Source of the DNA: Phyllosticta citribraziliensis
Lineage: Eukaryota
Length of the DNA: 64,000 nt
Assembly: GCF_038025025.1 (NCBI RefSeq)
Contig: NW_027117346.1
Coordinates: 1,550,001-1,614,000, forward strand
Direction: 5' to 3'
Shown: positions 1 to 12,011 of the stretch, one piece after another
Layout: each line of letters begins with the position of its first letter
Position numbering within the stretch: the first letter of the stretch is position 1
Made by a program: the position numbers and the translations under genes
The notes under the pieces: model-generated
Databases searched by the model: none
Seen by the model: only the letters and a program-made list of their open reading frames with translations
Told to the model about the DNA's origin: nothing

Positions 1-65
1 ACTTGCCCTGCCACCACCTTCCGGGTACACTGTCCACGGCTCCAGTCCTTTACCAACTGTACAAG

Positions 66-1740
66 ATGATCACTACTTCGCGTCTCGCCTCCCTGGCAGC
101 TGCTTTTGTCACTGTGAGACACGCTTCTGCTGGATTCAATCCGTCCTCGAAGAACAATGTCGCCGTCTATTGGGGTTTGTGATGTTCGTGGTTGGTGAAG
201 CAATAATGACTGACTGGCTGCAGGGCAAAACTCTCATGGGAGGGGAGGTGATGATCCTGAGGCTCAGAAGAGACTGGCTTATTACTGTGCAAGTATGATC
301 CACCGTGGCACTGATCAAGCACGGCGAAGCTGACCAACGTGACCACAGATTCCGACATCGATGTACGCAAACTTTGAAGTCTTCTTGTTTCCATCTGACT
401 CTCATTTAGGTCATCCCCATGGCTTTCATGACAAAGATTGGCGGCGCCGATGCCCTGCCGGAGTTGAATTTTGCAAACCAAGGAGACCCGTGCGGCATGT
501 TCGATGGGACAAACTTGAAGAACTGTCCCCAGATTGCGTGAGCTTCCCCTGACACTGCCTTTGATCCAGCTGCTGATGTTCCTCCAGTGAAGACATTGTA
601 ACATGTCAAGAGCAGTACGGAAAGACGATACTTTTGTCGATTGGAGGTGCTACATATACCGAGGGAGGATTCCAAAGCGAATCCGCCGCTGTCACTGCAG
701 CCAACAAAGTTTGGGACATTTTCGGCCCCTATAATTCGGGAAGCAGTGCCCTCCGGCCCTTTAATAACTCTGCAGTTGACGGGTTCGACTTTGATTTCGA
801 GTCTACTGTCCAGAACATGGTACCCTTTGTGCGACAGCTGCGCACTCTTGTGGATTCCGCGTCTGATGGAAAGAAGCGTTACCTCACTGCAGCACCACAG
901 TGCCCATACCCTGACGCCGCAGACCAGCAATTTCTCGACGCCGTCGGAATGGACGCCGTCTTTGTGCAGTTTTACAACAACTACTGCGGCGTGCAGTCGT
1001 ACAGCCCGGGATCGAGCCAACAGAACAACTTCAACTTTGACACCTGGGACAAGTGGGCCACGCAGACTTCGCCCAACAAGAACGTCAAGGTCTTTCTTGG
1101 GATTCCGGCCAGCTCGACGGCTGCTGGAAGCGGTTACCTGGAGCCGACGGCCCTCGCGCCCGTCATTTCGTACGTCAAGAACTTTTCGAGCATGGGTGGC
1201 GTCATGATGTGGGATGCCAGTCAGGCGCTCTCCAACAAGGACTTCCTGGCGCAGGTCGCAGGCGAGCTTGACACTTCGTCAGCGCAATCCACGTCTGCTG
1301 CCACTAGCGCTGTGGCTTCCAGCACGGGGACAAGCAGCTCGGCCTCGCAGCGCTCCACCGGCGTCTCGTCCTCTTTGTCGTCCTCGGCGGCGTCCAGGAG
1401 CAGCGCCGCTTCGACCCTCGTCACAAGCGTGCGCAGCTCCTCCCTCACCTCGTCTTCTTCGGTTGCTGCCCCGTCCTACGACGCGCCTCCCGTCACCAGC
1501 CAACCGCAGCAAATTCTCTCTCGCGCCACGGACGCTCCGTCTGAGGCTGCCAGGTCGGGATATGGAATCAGCAGTGGCAGCAGCAGCAGCGTTGTACCCG
1601 CCTCCTCGATCCAGGCAGTGCTGCCCCCTTTCCACCATGGCCCGCCTCCGCCTATGCGCTCTTCTTCTTCCACAAGAGGCAAGCCGCATCGCTTTGTCTG
1701 CGAGGAGATCGTCGACGATGATGCCGGCGAAGCGGCTTAG
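66..1740 (+). CDS. Secreted GH18 class III (Cts1/ChiA-like) endochitinase with Ser/Thr-rich tail; 5 exons
   Basis: Spliced translation gives signal-peptide-like MITTSRLASLAAAFVTVRHASA, then NVAVYWGQNS, a 14-nt micro-exon (349-362), ILLSIGGAT, the catalytic DGFDFDFE motif, LTAAPQCPYPD, VQFYNNYC and GGVMMWDAS. Introns are GT-AG. Confidence 0.95.
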
Positions 1741-4557
1741 ATTGGTTTGTAGGTGCTAGATAGAACAGCCTGGGTGTCTCTATCGTCATAACGATCGCTA
1801 AAGACGGGATGAATTTGTTTTTGGCTCAGTGGCGTGGCATGTCATGATATGACGACGCACACGCACATGAGATGGAGTCTGGCAGATGGACACGGCCGCA
1901 GATATGGTATAGGCTTGATGCTTCTCGGAGTCGTTCTTCGCACATTTTGTACTTCTCTCGCTCAAGAGGCGGATGCTTTGCTCTCTTCCATTTCTTCTGT
2001 CTTTCGCTTCTCCATGTCCCCCCTTTCCACATCTTCGTTTGCTCCTATGTCTCTCTCGGTCAAGGTGTCTTTCGCTGCATCTTCCATTCAAACATTCCAT
2101 CACTCGCTTAGACAGATAGCCGTATATGCTTGTATCTTTGCCTAGGCGCCCTGCTTTTGTCTTTGTCCTTCCCCATCCCCCTCCCCACATTTGTCTTTGT
2201 ATCTTTCTGTGCATACGTTTCACTCGCTTGTTCCCGTCACTGGCTAAGCAACCTTCTATCCCCTCGTTAGATCTCAGCTGAGCTGGAATTTCGTCCTCTC
2301 CAACTTTCGCTTTAAGAGATAGGGCGCTATGTAGTATTATGAGAATAGAACTTTCTCACTGATCAAAAGTTTCTCTTCTTCGGCACGTGCGTCCGATGCC
2401 TTGGAGTACACTTAACGCATGGTATCGGAAAATCTCTGCTTCATTGATTGAAGTCATTCGTGGGAGGTAGTAGGTACAGAGACACACGGCGTGGCATTAA
2501 CAAGACACCCCACTCCCATCCACTTTCTCGTCACGCTGCATACCACACGCGTATATCCTTCCACGACGCGTCCATCATAGCTAGCGTATTGACGTCACGA
2601 ACAGCGGAGATACAGGGGTTCTCACAGATAAACAGCCAAGTCAGAAGCTCCATTCCACTGCTCGCCCCCGCTATGCTGTGGCGGCATCTGGACTCGTCCA
2701 TCCAGGCCTGCAAAAGCCCATTTCGCGGCGCGTGTATCATGTGTCGCGGCCACCTGGTCCGAGAAGAGGGGCTCCGGTTGTGGGCCAGCCAGACAGGCGT
2801 GGGGATCGTGGTCACCAATGACCGCATCCCAGCCCGGTTCGGTCCGCTCCTTGTGGAGGGAGTGGGGTGCTGAGTAGCGTGGAGATTCATGACACGACGG
2901 AAAGCTTCTTAATGGACGATGGATGTGCTGCGCTGTCATGTGGTCTTTGTGACGACTCGATTGCGGTATATCTGAGGGGCTCTTTTCACAGGATCAGCGG
3001 AAGGTAGAGCGTGCTGTGGCTCGACCCGGCGCGGGTGCTGGATGTGGCGCGTTGGCTTGCTTCGTGGGCGGAGAGGGTCGCGTGGGCGCGGAGACAGGAG
3101 GAGGAGAAGGAGTACCACTTTCCGCGTTGAAAACTTCGATGACGACTGGAATGGAAGACGGTGGTGGAAGAGCGTAATCGGTAATCGGGGCAGACAAACG
3201 AAGAAGATGGTGGAAAGGCAAGTTGTAGTCCACAGATTTCGGCGAGGGCGCGCGTTTGGAAACTGTCTCGCGTTGCCGGTGGGTGCTGTTTGTTTTGTTG
3301 ATTTGTTTGACGTCTGCATAATGCCAACCCTGTCGCACTCTGCGGCGCTCGCTCGCGCTCTAGTCTGCCACTGTCGTCTCAGGTGGACCCCCTCGCTCTC
3401 CACGCTTTCTTCTCAGTCCGTCGACGTCGACCTCATACCTACACATCACGGCCTCCTCTCCCCGCGGACGAGCACGCGACCACTCTCCTTATCCTGCCGT
3501 GACATGCCCAGAAGCCTGTCGACCTAACCTCCACCTCCTCCGTCTTCCAATGCAACATGGATGCTCCACGGGCATCCCGTCACCATTGCTATTCTCAAAT
3601 CTTCCTCTTCTGGCGCGTCGGCGCGGCAGACAGGGAGCATCCATGCCGTTCATGCGACGTCCCTCTTCAGCCTCGAAAGATGGGATCCCGGTGTTGCTGC
3701 ATGCAACGCCGCTTCGGAGGCGTCTTTGTGCCATGCGGAGCAGCAGTAGCGGCAGCCATATGGCGTCACGTTCGTACCAACCACTATCCGGTTTGCGCCG
3801 GCTTGTTGGATGTTGTCTGGATATCTGGCTGACTCGTTTCTGTCACTTGAAGCCTGCGCTACGTGGGAGGGCAGTTCGGCCGTAGAGAGACGGCGAGAGA
3901 GCGCTCATGAAGCTGATTATGGGGTGAGAAGGTGGGGTGTGGCGATTTAGGTCAGGAGATTGAAAAGGTGGTAGAAAGGCGCCGTGGCGATGTAAGTGGC
4001 GTTTTCTTGCGCCCGTCGTCTACTCACGACGAGCCTGACAGATAGCAAGCGCCTACGCAGGGGATCAAAGAGAAGAGATATCTTGCAGCACTGCTGTCAC
4101 CTCCAGGGCGCATTGCATGCCACAGCTAGAGGGATTGTTGCTCATTGCTTCACTCGCGCCGAGGGAGCGGACATCCTGCATTGCAAAACGCTTCGAGGTC
4201 AAGAGTCCCGTATTCATTGATCAGTGCTCAAGAGAGGCTAGCCAGTAAGCAACCGCCCACACAGAGAAAAAACCCACGAGACCCAAGTAAAGCAAGGCAA
4301 GTACCGATCCAACCGCTTTTCAAATGTCATCCGAGCAGAGCAAGACTTTTTGGGAAACCAGGTCTGGAGACGCCCCCATCCGACGTGCCTGGTTCCTCTT
4401 TTAATGAAATTGACTTTGTCGTTGTGTTCGGCAAGGACTGTCCTATTGTCGAAGAGAAGCCTCATTCTTTTGTGGCGCCGAGCCAACAGGTTCGGGGCTG
4501 GGGTGTTTGGTTGGGTTCTGAATGGAGTGTCAAGTGTTCGGGCAAAAGACTCAATGC

Positions 4558-5354
4558 TCAGACTTCTTCGACCAAGTTGTTCTCCCAAGCCGAAACGTCC
4601 GAGTCGGCTTCGCTGGTCACCTCGTCATTAGCAGCTTCGTTCTCCTCGTCGTCATTCTCGTCAGTCGTGATCTGCTCCTCTTTGATGTAGTTGGCGATCT
4701 TGGCGCTAGCAGCACGGCGGGGAGTAGAGCGGAAAGCAGTCGTCTCAGCAGGGCTGGCGGTGTCAGCGGGAGTTGGGTATCCCACACGCTCATTGACGCT
4801 GCCGTTGGCCGTGACGCTCTGGTCCTCGGAGCCGTTGGGAAGGACACAGGTCGTTGCAACATTCTTGTTCGCCCTCTTCTTGGGCGTTGGGGAGCCACCA
4901 CCAAGCTCCTTCAGCTCCTTGCGCGTGCTCGACGGAGCTGGCGAGTCTGAATCAGAGCTGTCGTCGAACCTCTTACGCTTCTTCGCAGAGCGGGGAGTCG
5001 CCTTCGGCTGGGGAGTGGCCTTGGGCCTGGCGTTGGTGACCTTGACGGGAGTCGTGGTAGCAGAAGTACCGCCAGACTTGGTGGCGACGTTCTTCTTGAT
5101 TTTTCCCAGGATTTCTTTGATCGCGCGTGCGGTCGGCTTCTCATCGCCATCACCAGCTGCAGCTGGTTAGCGAGACGGCGGAAATTTGTGAGTGAGGCAA
5201 CTTACGCCAGGCATCGACCACCCTCTGCGCGTCGACGGCGACCTGATGGGTGTTCATGATGGTCACAAACAACTGGGACCCAGTCAGTGGAGTCTGGAAG
5301 GGAAAGTGAAGAGCATACCGTAACTTTCTTGTCCGAATCCCAACGCACAGGCAT
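4558..5354 (-). CDS. Small Myb/SANT-like helix-turn-helix domain protein (cluster gene 1), about 233 aa, 3 exons
   Basis: Exons 5354-5319, 5272-5206 and ~5156-4558, with GTATGC/GTAAGT donors, CTGAC/CTAAC branch points and CAG acceptors. Translation: MPVRWDSDKKVTLFVTIMNTHQVAVDAQRVVDAWPGDGDEKPTARAIKEILGKIKK, then a K/T/P-rich tail with KKRKR and an acidic end. Domain call is by pattern recognition. Confidence 0.8.
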
Positions 5355-8353
5355 TTTGACGAAGTGTAGTGAGGCTGTGCAGGTCAGCTTGGATTGTTTG
5401 CATTGTGTCTCACGTGCGAGGATTGGGGAGTTTCATGGCAAGCATTGGGGTGGGAGCGACAGTCATGTGAAGTGACTGCGCAACAGCCATGCCAAGGTTT
5501 GCTTGAATGTGGATGTCACATTGTGAACGGGAGTTGGACATACCAATTGAGAGGAGCTTTGTCCAAGTGCTGTGAGCAAGATGGTTGATGCTGACGTGTG
5601 CAAGGTGGTGTTGAGAAGGTCGGAAGTTGAAGTGCGGTGGGCGGAAGAGGTGGAGGTTGAGGTCTGGATACGCAGCAGAGCGGAACTTTAAGGTGAAGAA
5701 AGTGACCCACGCTCCGGCGTTACGCGAATTATCCACGGTCTTGCCCCGTTCAGTGCGAGGGCGCGTCCTACCACCGCGTTTTCTACGGCGCAGCGGAAGT
5801 CATGGCCTGGCAGAGGCTGGCAACTCACAAAGACAGGTTCCGCAAGAGCTTCTGTATCTTGGGGATGCATTTCAAAGTATAAACCAAGCCGGGGGAGCCG
5901 ACTGAACATTGGCCTGGCAACTCAACCTCGACCTACTGAAACGCTGGTAAGATGGGGAATTGCGAATCATGATTGCAGCGACCTTTGGCACTTCTAGCAT
6001 CAAAGTCAGCGACGAAAGCCAAACGTGCAGATGGGCTATTGAATCTCCCGATCATTGAAGAGAATCGCGTGTCAAGCCAGGGGCGCACACTTCGGTCATG
6101 GCACAATGTGTGCTCGCGTAGCATCATACGGACTTCAAGGCGCTAATTTATGTGCACTCTGTATCACTCTCCGGACGAGTCCAGGCTTATCATCAACTCT
6201 AGCTGATAACCACTTTGATTGAGATGACTCTTATTTGAGTGTACAAGGAAAGCCTTGAAGGGCCAAGGCTCCCTGCACGTCACACCTGGAGTGGTCGTCG
6301 TAAGTCCTATGGAGCTTCGGAGGAATTTGTCAAAGCTTACGGACTTCCACAGAAGATAATTCAGCCCATTTATGATACCCGACTAACATACCGAAAACGC
6401 AGCATCAGAGGAACGGAAAAAGAGGAAAAAGACCCCAATTTGAAAGGTCTTCCTTGTAAAACCAGTTGAGGAGCGCAAAATGGACAAAAAGACACAATAT
6501 TGACAATGTGAGAAGGCCTACCCTTCCTTGAGATAGATGAGGACAGGTCAAGAGCAGTCAAAAGATGTGGGTTGTCGTAAAGCACAACCCCAAACCACTG
6601 CTCGGCAATGCGGGGCAAAGTTAACGAACACGACATGTATGCCGTCAAAGGCAAAAGTAAAGTGGGCACAGAAAGTAAATGTGCCAGGCCAATCAGATTG
6701 GCGTCGGAGATACAGAAAGGAGGCAAGTGTGCCCATCATGCGTGGCGTGTATCATCAACGGCATGGGTAGGCGCGGAAAGTGCAAGAGAAGGCTGGAAAT
6801 ATGCACGTTGTGAGGACGGACAAGCTGTGGTCGTGCACAGCGGAGGAGGAAGATTGGTAGAGAAGTTGGCAAAGACTTCGAGGATGCTGTCAAGACCCAC
6901 CCGGCGCCGTATTTCTCCGGATTCGCGACCAAGCGGTGCACCGTGTCAAAGTACGTGCAGCCGGCCCTGGGCTTTGTCCTACGCATCTGCAAGCGCCCAA
7001 TCTCCTTTGCCTCCTCCTGCACATCTCTTTTTCCTACGCAGCCAACTCGCCGATCTGTCACATCTCGCCGACGGGATGGCTGCACATCGAAACAGCTCCT
7101 TTCCGCAAACGCAAGCCCTCGCATCCAGTCGTTCCACCGCGACATGTTTTAAGACGCTCAATGTGCGGTCGGCCCGTCAGGGAACTGCTGCTCTCCCGCC
7201 TCTAGCAAGGGTCTGATGTCCGTAAACTTTATTAGCAGTTCAAGGGGCCGTTGCATTGGCAACGGGCGCAAGTCATGGCCTTTTGGAGCTGGAACTCTAC
7301 GTGTTCATGTGTACTCAGGATCTCCCACCACCAAATTTCTATGGTGAACGGCGAATCCCACACCAGCCGCCGTGAACTTTCAGTTTGCACAAGAGAAGCT
7401 TTTGGGCCGTAAGCCAGGATCCCGTTGCTTTTACGCCAGACCCTGGTGCTCCTTCCGCCCCATTCGGTTGGGATTCTTTCTTTTACGACAGACCGTTTGT
7501 CTGGAAATTTTCGAAACACCAACGCACTGTCTCCATCGTGATCTGGATACATATTTTTTGTTTTGTAATATCTCTGGCATAAGCATCGCTTTTGCCCGAT
7601 TTTCTCTTTTGACTTCAGATTGATCCACTTGCTTTGACCGTGGGCAACGAGCGCAGTGTGAAGAAAGTAGAAAAGAAGATCAGTGTGTGGCACGCTTCTG
7701 CAAAGCTTTTGCAAGGCCTTCCAAAGCTGGTTCTCAATGTTGAGTATCTAAGTATCTACACTCATCTGCGACAAATCGTTTTCCGATGAGTGAATTTCGA
7801 CCGCGAAGTGGACATCCTTGAAGGGTGGTCAATGATCACAAGTCCTGCAATTGCTCCTCCAAAATTGAACTCGCAGTCGCAGCTGGGTGCTCCATCGCAG
7901 CATCGTGGTTGATTCGGCGTGCCAATTGCACCAGAAACAGTAAGTTCATCAGACCCAAATGATACAAAGCAGCAAGACATTCACATTGAAAGCTGAGTTG
8001 CAGAAATCATGGAATCGCATTCATCATTTTTGGTGGTCAGAAGCCCAGGTGCGAACTGGCCCTTTTCCAACCCCACTGCTGCCGATACCGCAAGCAACAT
8101 ATGTGCTTTTGAGGTTGCCAGAGGAAACCGTGCAAGTGTTCCCAGGCTGAAATCAAACAATTCCGAGACTCCGTTACCGAACCGTCCTCCAGCTCGATTT
8201 GCTGGCAAATGGAAACTTAAAGACGCACTCCTGAGTTGTCGGCGACCACGTTTTGTAGACTCCGATAAATCCGCCCCAGAACTCCACCGAAAAAAAAAAT
8301 TGAAAATTGAAAACGTTCCAGAGTCGCATCTCTACTCGATCGTGTGGTAATCA

Positions 8354-9153
8354 TCAAACCTCCTGGTATTCCTCGGAAACGTCGTTGGAGAGAGCGCCAG
8401 GGTTCACGAAGCCAATTTCGCTGTAGTCGAAGAACGTATTTTCGTTCTGCGCCACAATGTCAGAATCCCAGGACGACGGCGTGGCAGCTGCGGAGGAAGA
8501 GCTGTCGAGCTCCAGCTTGATAATTGGAGACATGTTGCCAGCAGTGCTCTTCTTCGACTTCTTGGAAGGCGACTTCGCGACCCTTCCAGACTTGACACCT
8601 GCGTAATAATTGAGAACAATGAGCAGAAAGGGGGGCGTAGAGGGACTTACGATTCTCGGTAGACGGCGTAGCCTTGGGCTTGCGGGGAGTCGAGACCGCC
8701 GACTTCGGGCGCGTCACTGGCATCTGACGACCTTCGTCCACAGCCTCTTTCTGGAGGAGCTTTGCCTCCTTTCTGGCATGGCGGAATCGACCCTCAATGG
8801 CGTCGTAGGTGGCACCCTGGCCGTAGTAGTAGGCGACCTTCTTGAAATCAATCTGCGGTGAAGCGGACCCTGGTTAGCAAAGCCGATCTTTTCTTTGCAT
8901 ATTGTTGAATGTGTTGATGCCAGTTCGGCTAGTTCGGGCAGTTCAAGTGAGGTCGGGCAGTACAAGTGGGTTGGAGTTCGAGAAGACCAAGTGAGTTCGG
9001 GCAGTCCAGGTGAATTCGGACAGACCAGGTGAGTTCGGGCAGATCAAGTGAGTCCCGGATAAGAAATTGTAGACTTACATTGCCTTCTGCGGAAGCACAC
9101 ATAGCAGCCAACAGGCGCCTGTAGGATTCGGGGGTCTTCCAATCGATGGGCAT
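8354..9153 (-). CDS. Small Myb/SANT-like domain protein (cluster gene 2), about 173 aa, 3 exons
   Basis: Exons 9153-9079, 8852-8651 and 8598-8354 join in frame. Translation: MPIDWKTPESYRRLLAAMCASAEGN|IDFKKVAYYYGQGATYDAIEGRFRHARKEAKLL...TPRKPKATP...VKSGRVAKSPSKK...EEYQEV*. Confidence 0.85.
8931..9050. repeat. 19-bp degenerate minisatellite (6 units) inside intron 1 of cluster gene 2
   Basis: Units resembling AGTTCGGGCAGWYCARGTG start at 8931, 8950, 8975, 8994, 9013 and 9032. Confidence 0.9.
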
Positions 9154-11378
9154 GGTGAATTGATGTTTGAGGCTGGAAGTTTTCAGTATGGAGAAAGGCG
9201 TCTGGATGTGATGAGAGTAGTGGTTGTAGAGTGTTGTGTGATCGCGTGAAGTGATTGTGGGATGTGGGAGGTCTAAGCTAAATACCCCTACGACGGCAGT
9301 GGATCCTGCTCCCGGTTGACGGGATTGGCAGACGGGGACAGCTCTTCCCACAACCACACATATCACCGACAAGTCCAGAGTAGCCTCACAGTCATTTGCC
9401 TCGCAACACCAACCACTGCCAAAGACCGCGTATCCTACGTCATGCAGGGGTCATTGGCATGGCTCTGTCGAACAAAAAAAGGTAGCTCGCGTCTTCCTGC
9501 CTCGAATTAACGCGAGAGCGCGTCGCGGGAGCCTCCGGGTGTCCGCGGGAAGTGCACGCATATCTGCCCTGATCTCATTCTGAACATTGCACTCACCCTA
9601 AACTACTCCTACTGCGCTAACACCCTGGTCGGGCTTCGTTTTGGTGCGAGTGCGACACATGCGATGCGGGCATGGGTCCTCCCGTTTGGTGGTGTGTGCC
9701 ATCCTTGCAGTGCCCAAGGTCCAAGGGTGCCTTGCATATGCCATTGACGACGTTGTCGTGCAACATGGATTGTGAAATCGACACATCTTACAATGAGTAT
9801 TATCTCATCCATTGTGCGGCATTCGACTGACCAAATGAAGAGGCGAAGACTAGAGGACTCTGTAACACTACAGCCGTAAAGCACAGTCAGAGTCCGTTAC
9901 ATCAATCATTTATTACAAAAAGTTTCCTCTGCTGAAATTCAAATCTTCGAGCAGATTCAGTCCACACCTACTTCAATGTCAATCTCTTATTCTCAGCGTC
10001 ACCAAGGCACAGTTTTTCTAATATATCGCCAGGCTCCAAGACAAGGCACTTGTGAGCAAAGTCCCCATTCTACCAACGATATATACTTGAAGAGATTCAT
10101 ATGTTCAAGAAAATCTCGACTTCACTGTTACGGTTTTGACGATTGACGACTGATTGATAGCATTTTCCCTTTGTGTCCAACACTCATTTACCTACTTGCT
10201 TGCCTATTCAGGCATAGCGCTTTTCTACTCTAGTTTAGCCTTTATCATTTGCAGTTAGCGGCCGCGGCTCACCAAGCGTCTTAATGCTTCGCGAAGCCTG
10301 CGACCTCCAAAGAATCAACTTTTACTTCATCTCCATCCTCGCTCTTCCTACAGGCAGGAGATCTCTGAGGATATGGGAGCGAGGTGTCATGGTGGCGAAG
10401 TTACGCAAAGGTGTTGAGCTCGCAGCCTGAAGATGAGCCAGCAGCAACATCCATCCTGAACCCTACCCAGTTGTCGAAAAGAAGAAGTCACAGAGCTTGG
10501 GATGTCCCTCCGTTCCTTCGCTACGACCACACCAAATTTTGTAGCTGCCGCATCGTATCAGACTTGACAGCTCTCCAAGGAAAAACAATGCGGTAGATGG
10601 TCTGGAATTATCGAATCGCTCCCAAGAAACCCAATGGCCCAAAGAAAGTAGAAGGAGGCAATGCTTCCCCGGTAAAGGAATATCTTTGATGGTGGTTGGC
10701 AAAAGAATGCACTGCAGAGGTCGACCCAATCTGACAGCAACTCAAATTCCATCAGGTCGGCGGTAGGCTGAATGAAGGGAGATTCTTTTTGGGACTTTAC
10801 TCAAGTGCAAAATCTGCGCGTCAGTGAAGTCGCCTTGCTGGAAAGCAAACGTTGAGAGAAAGTTCCATGCGTCGATCGCCGAGAAGAACAAAGGATTCTC
10901 GGGTGCCAACGGCGCATGCACTGCATAGCTCCATTGTCAAGAAGAACAACAACACTCTTAAATGTCTGCGACATTCCATTCTTTGATGTCTCTTTCAAAG
11001 CTGTGCTGCACAGTCTTCAAGCAGTTTGACCAATTTTCGCGCAACGGCGACAAGCAAACTCCGTAATCCGGGTCTCTGTCTCTTAGGCACCGTTTGTTCG
11101 TTTGTCTTCCATCTCCTTGTAGAATTTGCACCGATTCTTTCTTTGATACTGCGCATTCAGAGCGCAATGAAAAGATCACGCTCCCACAGTCATCGTGTCT
11201 GTCAACCTGTTCAATTTTAAACCTCTGGAAATACAGGAGACTGGAGCTCAACGCATCATCCCTCAAGACCTTTGCCATTCGCAGAACGTACCTGATCTAT
11301 TTTGCTCTTCCCGAATACCGTCGTCGTTGCTTCTGTCCTTTTGCGTTTTCATCGACTCGGAGGTATATCCGCTTCAAG

Positions 11379-12011
11379 ATGCCGACGGACAAATCGAATG
11401 CCGATATGCTCTACTCGATCCTCAAACAGTTGGACCTGAAATATGTAAGTAGCCATTTCGCTTTCGCTATTCCGAGCGCAAGCAGTCTGCTCCCGTCATC
11501 TTCGTTTCTGCATCTTTTCCCAATGTCTCTCCATCTTCTCCTAACACTATGTCTCCCCTAGATCGACTGGAAAATCATTGCCGAGGAATGCAAAATCTCG
11601 AATGGTCATGCCGCCCGTATGCGATACCACCGCTTCCGCCAGACCATGGAAAACATCCAGCCCTCCAAGCGGGGTCCTCGAGCGCCCAAGGGCTCCTCCA
11701 AGCGCCAAAAGCTTTCCAAGTGCAAGGGAGCTCTGAGCGATGACGACGACGAGGACAAGTACTTTGTGAAGCCGGAGGAGGAGGACAGCAAGCTCGGCAT
11801 CAAGGACGAGCCCAAGACCGAAGCGTGGAGCGACGACGACATTCCGCTCTCGAGGGTCCCGCGCGTCAAGCGGGAGATCAAAGAGGAGACCATGGAGGAC
11901 CTGGATCGCGAGGTCAAGGCTCCAGAGCGGGAGATGGATGTGGAAAAGGATGCGGAGCCGGTGGTCGAAGCCCAGGTCTTGCTCAAGAAGGAGCCTCTTG
12001 TGTGGTCTTGA
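11379..12011 (+). CDS. Small Myb-like DNA-binding domain protein (cluster gene 3), about 171 aa, 2 exons
   Basis: Exons 11379-11444 and 11562-12011 (intron GTAAGT...CTAAC...TAG). Translation: MPTDKSNADMLYSILKQLDLKY|IDWKIIAEECKISNGHAARMRYHRFRQTME, matching the fungal Myb-like 'IDW..A......AARMRY.R' pattern, then a basic and acidic tail. Confidence 0.9.

Noticed and set aside
1834..4500. Numerous overlapping 70-180 aa ORFs downstream of the chitinase
   Set aside because: They are low-complexity Arg/Ser-rich translations on both strands with no motifs, consistent with UTR or intergenic DNA.
6239..7216. Purine-rich short ORFs between cluster genes 1 and 2 as a possible transposon relic or fifth cluster gene
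   Set aside because: No recognisable domain, terminal repeats or consistent splice model could be found by eye.
8931..9050. CRISPR-like appearance of the short repeats (also the 33-bp and 60-bp repeats)
   Set aside because: The units are contiguous with no unique spacers, there are no cas genes, and the context is eukaryotic.
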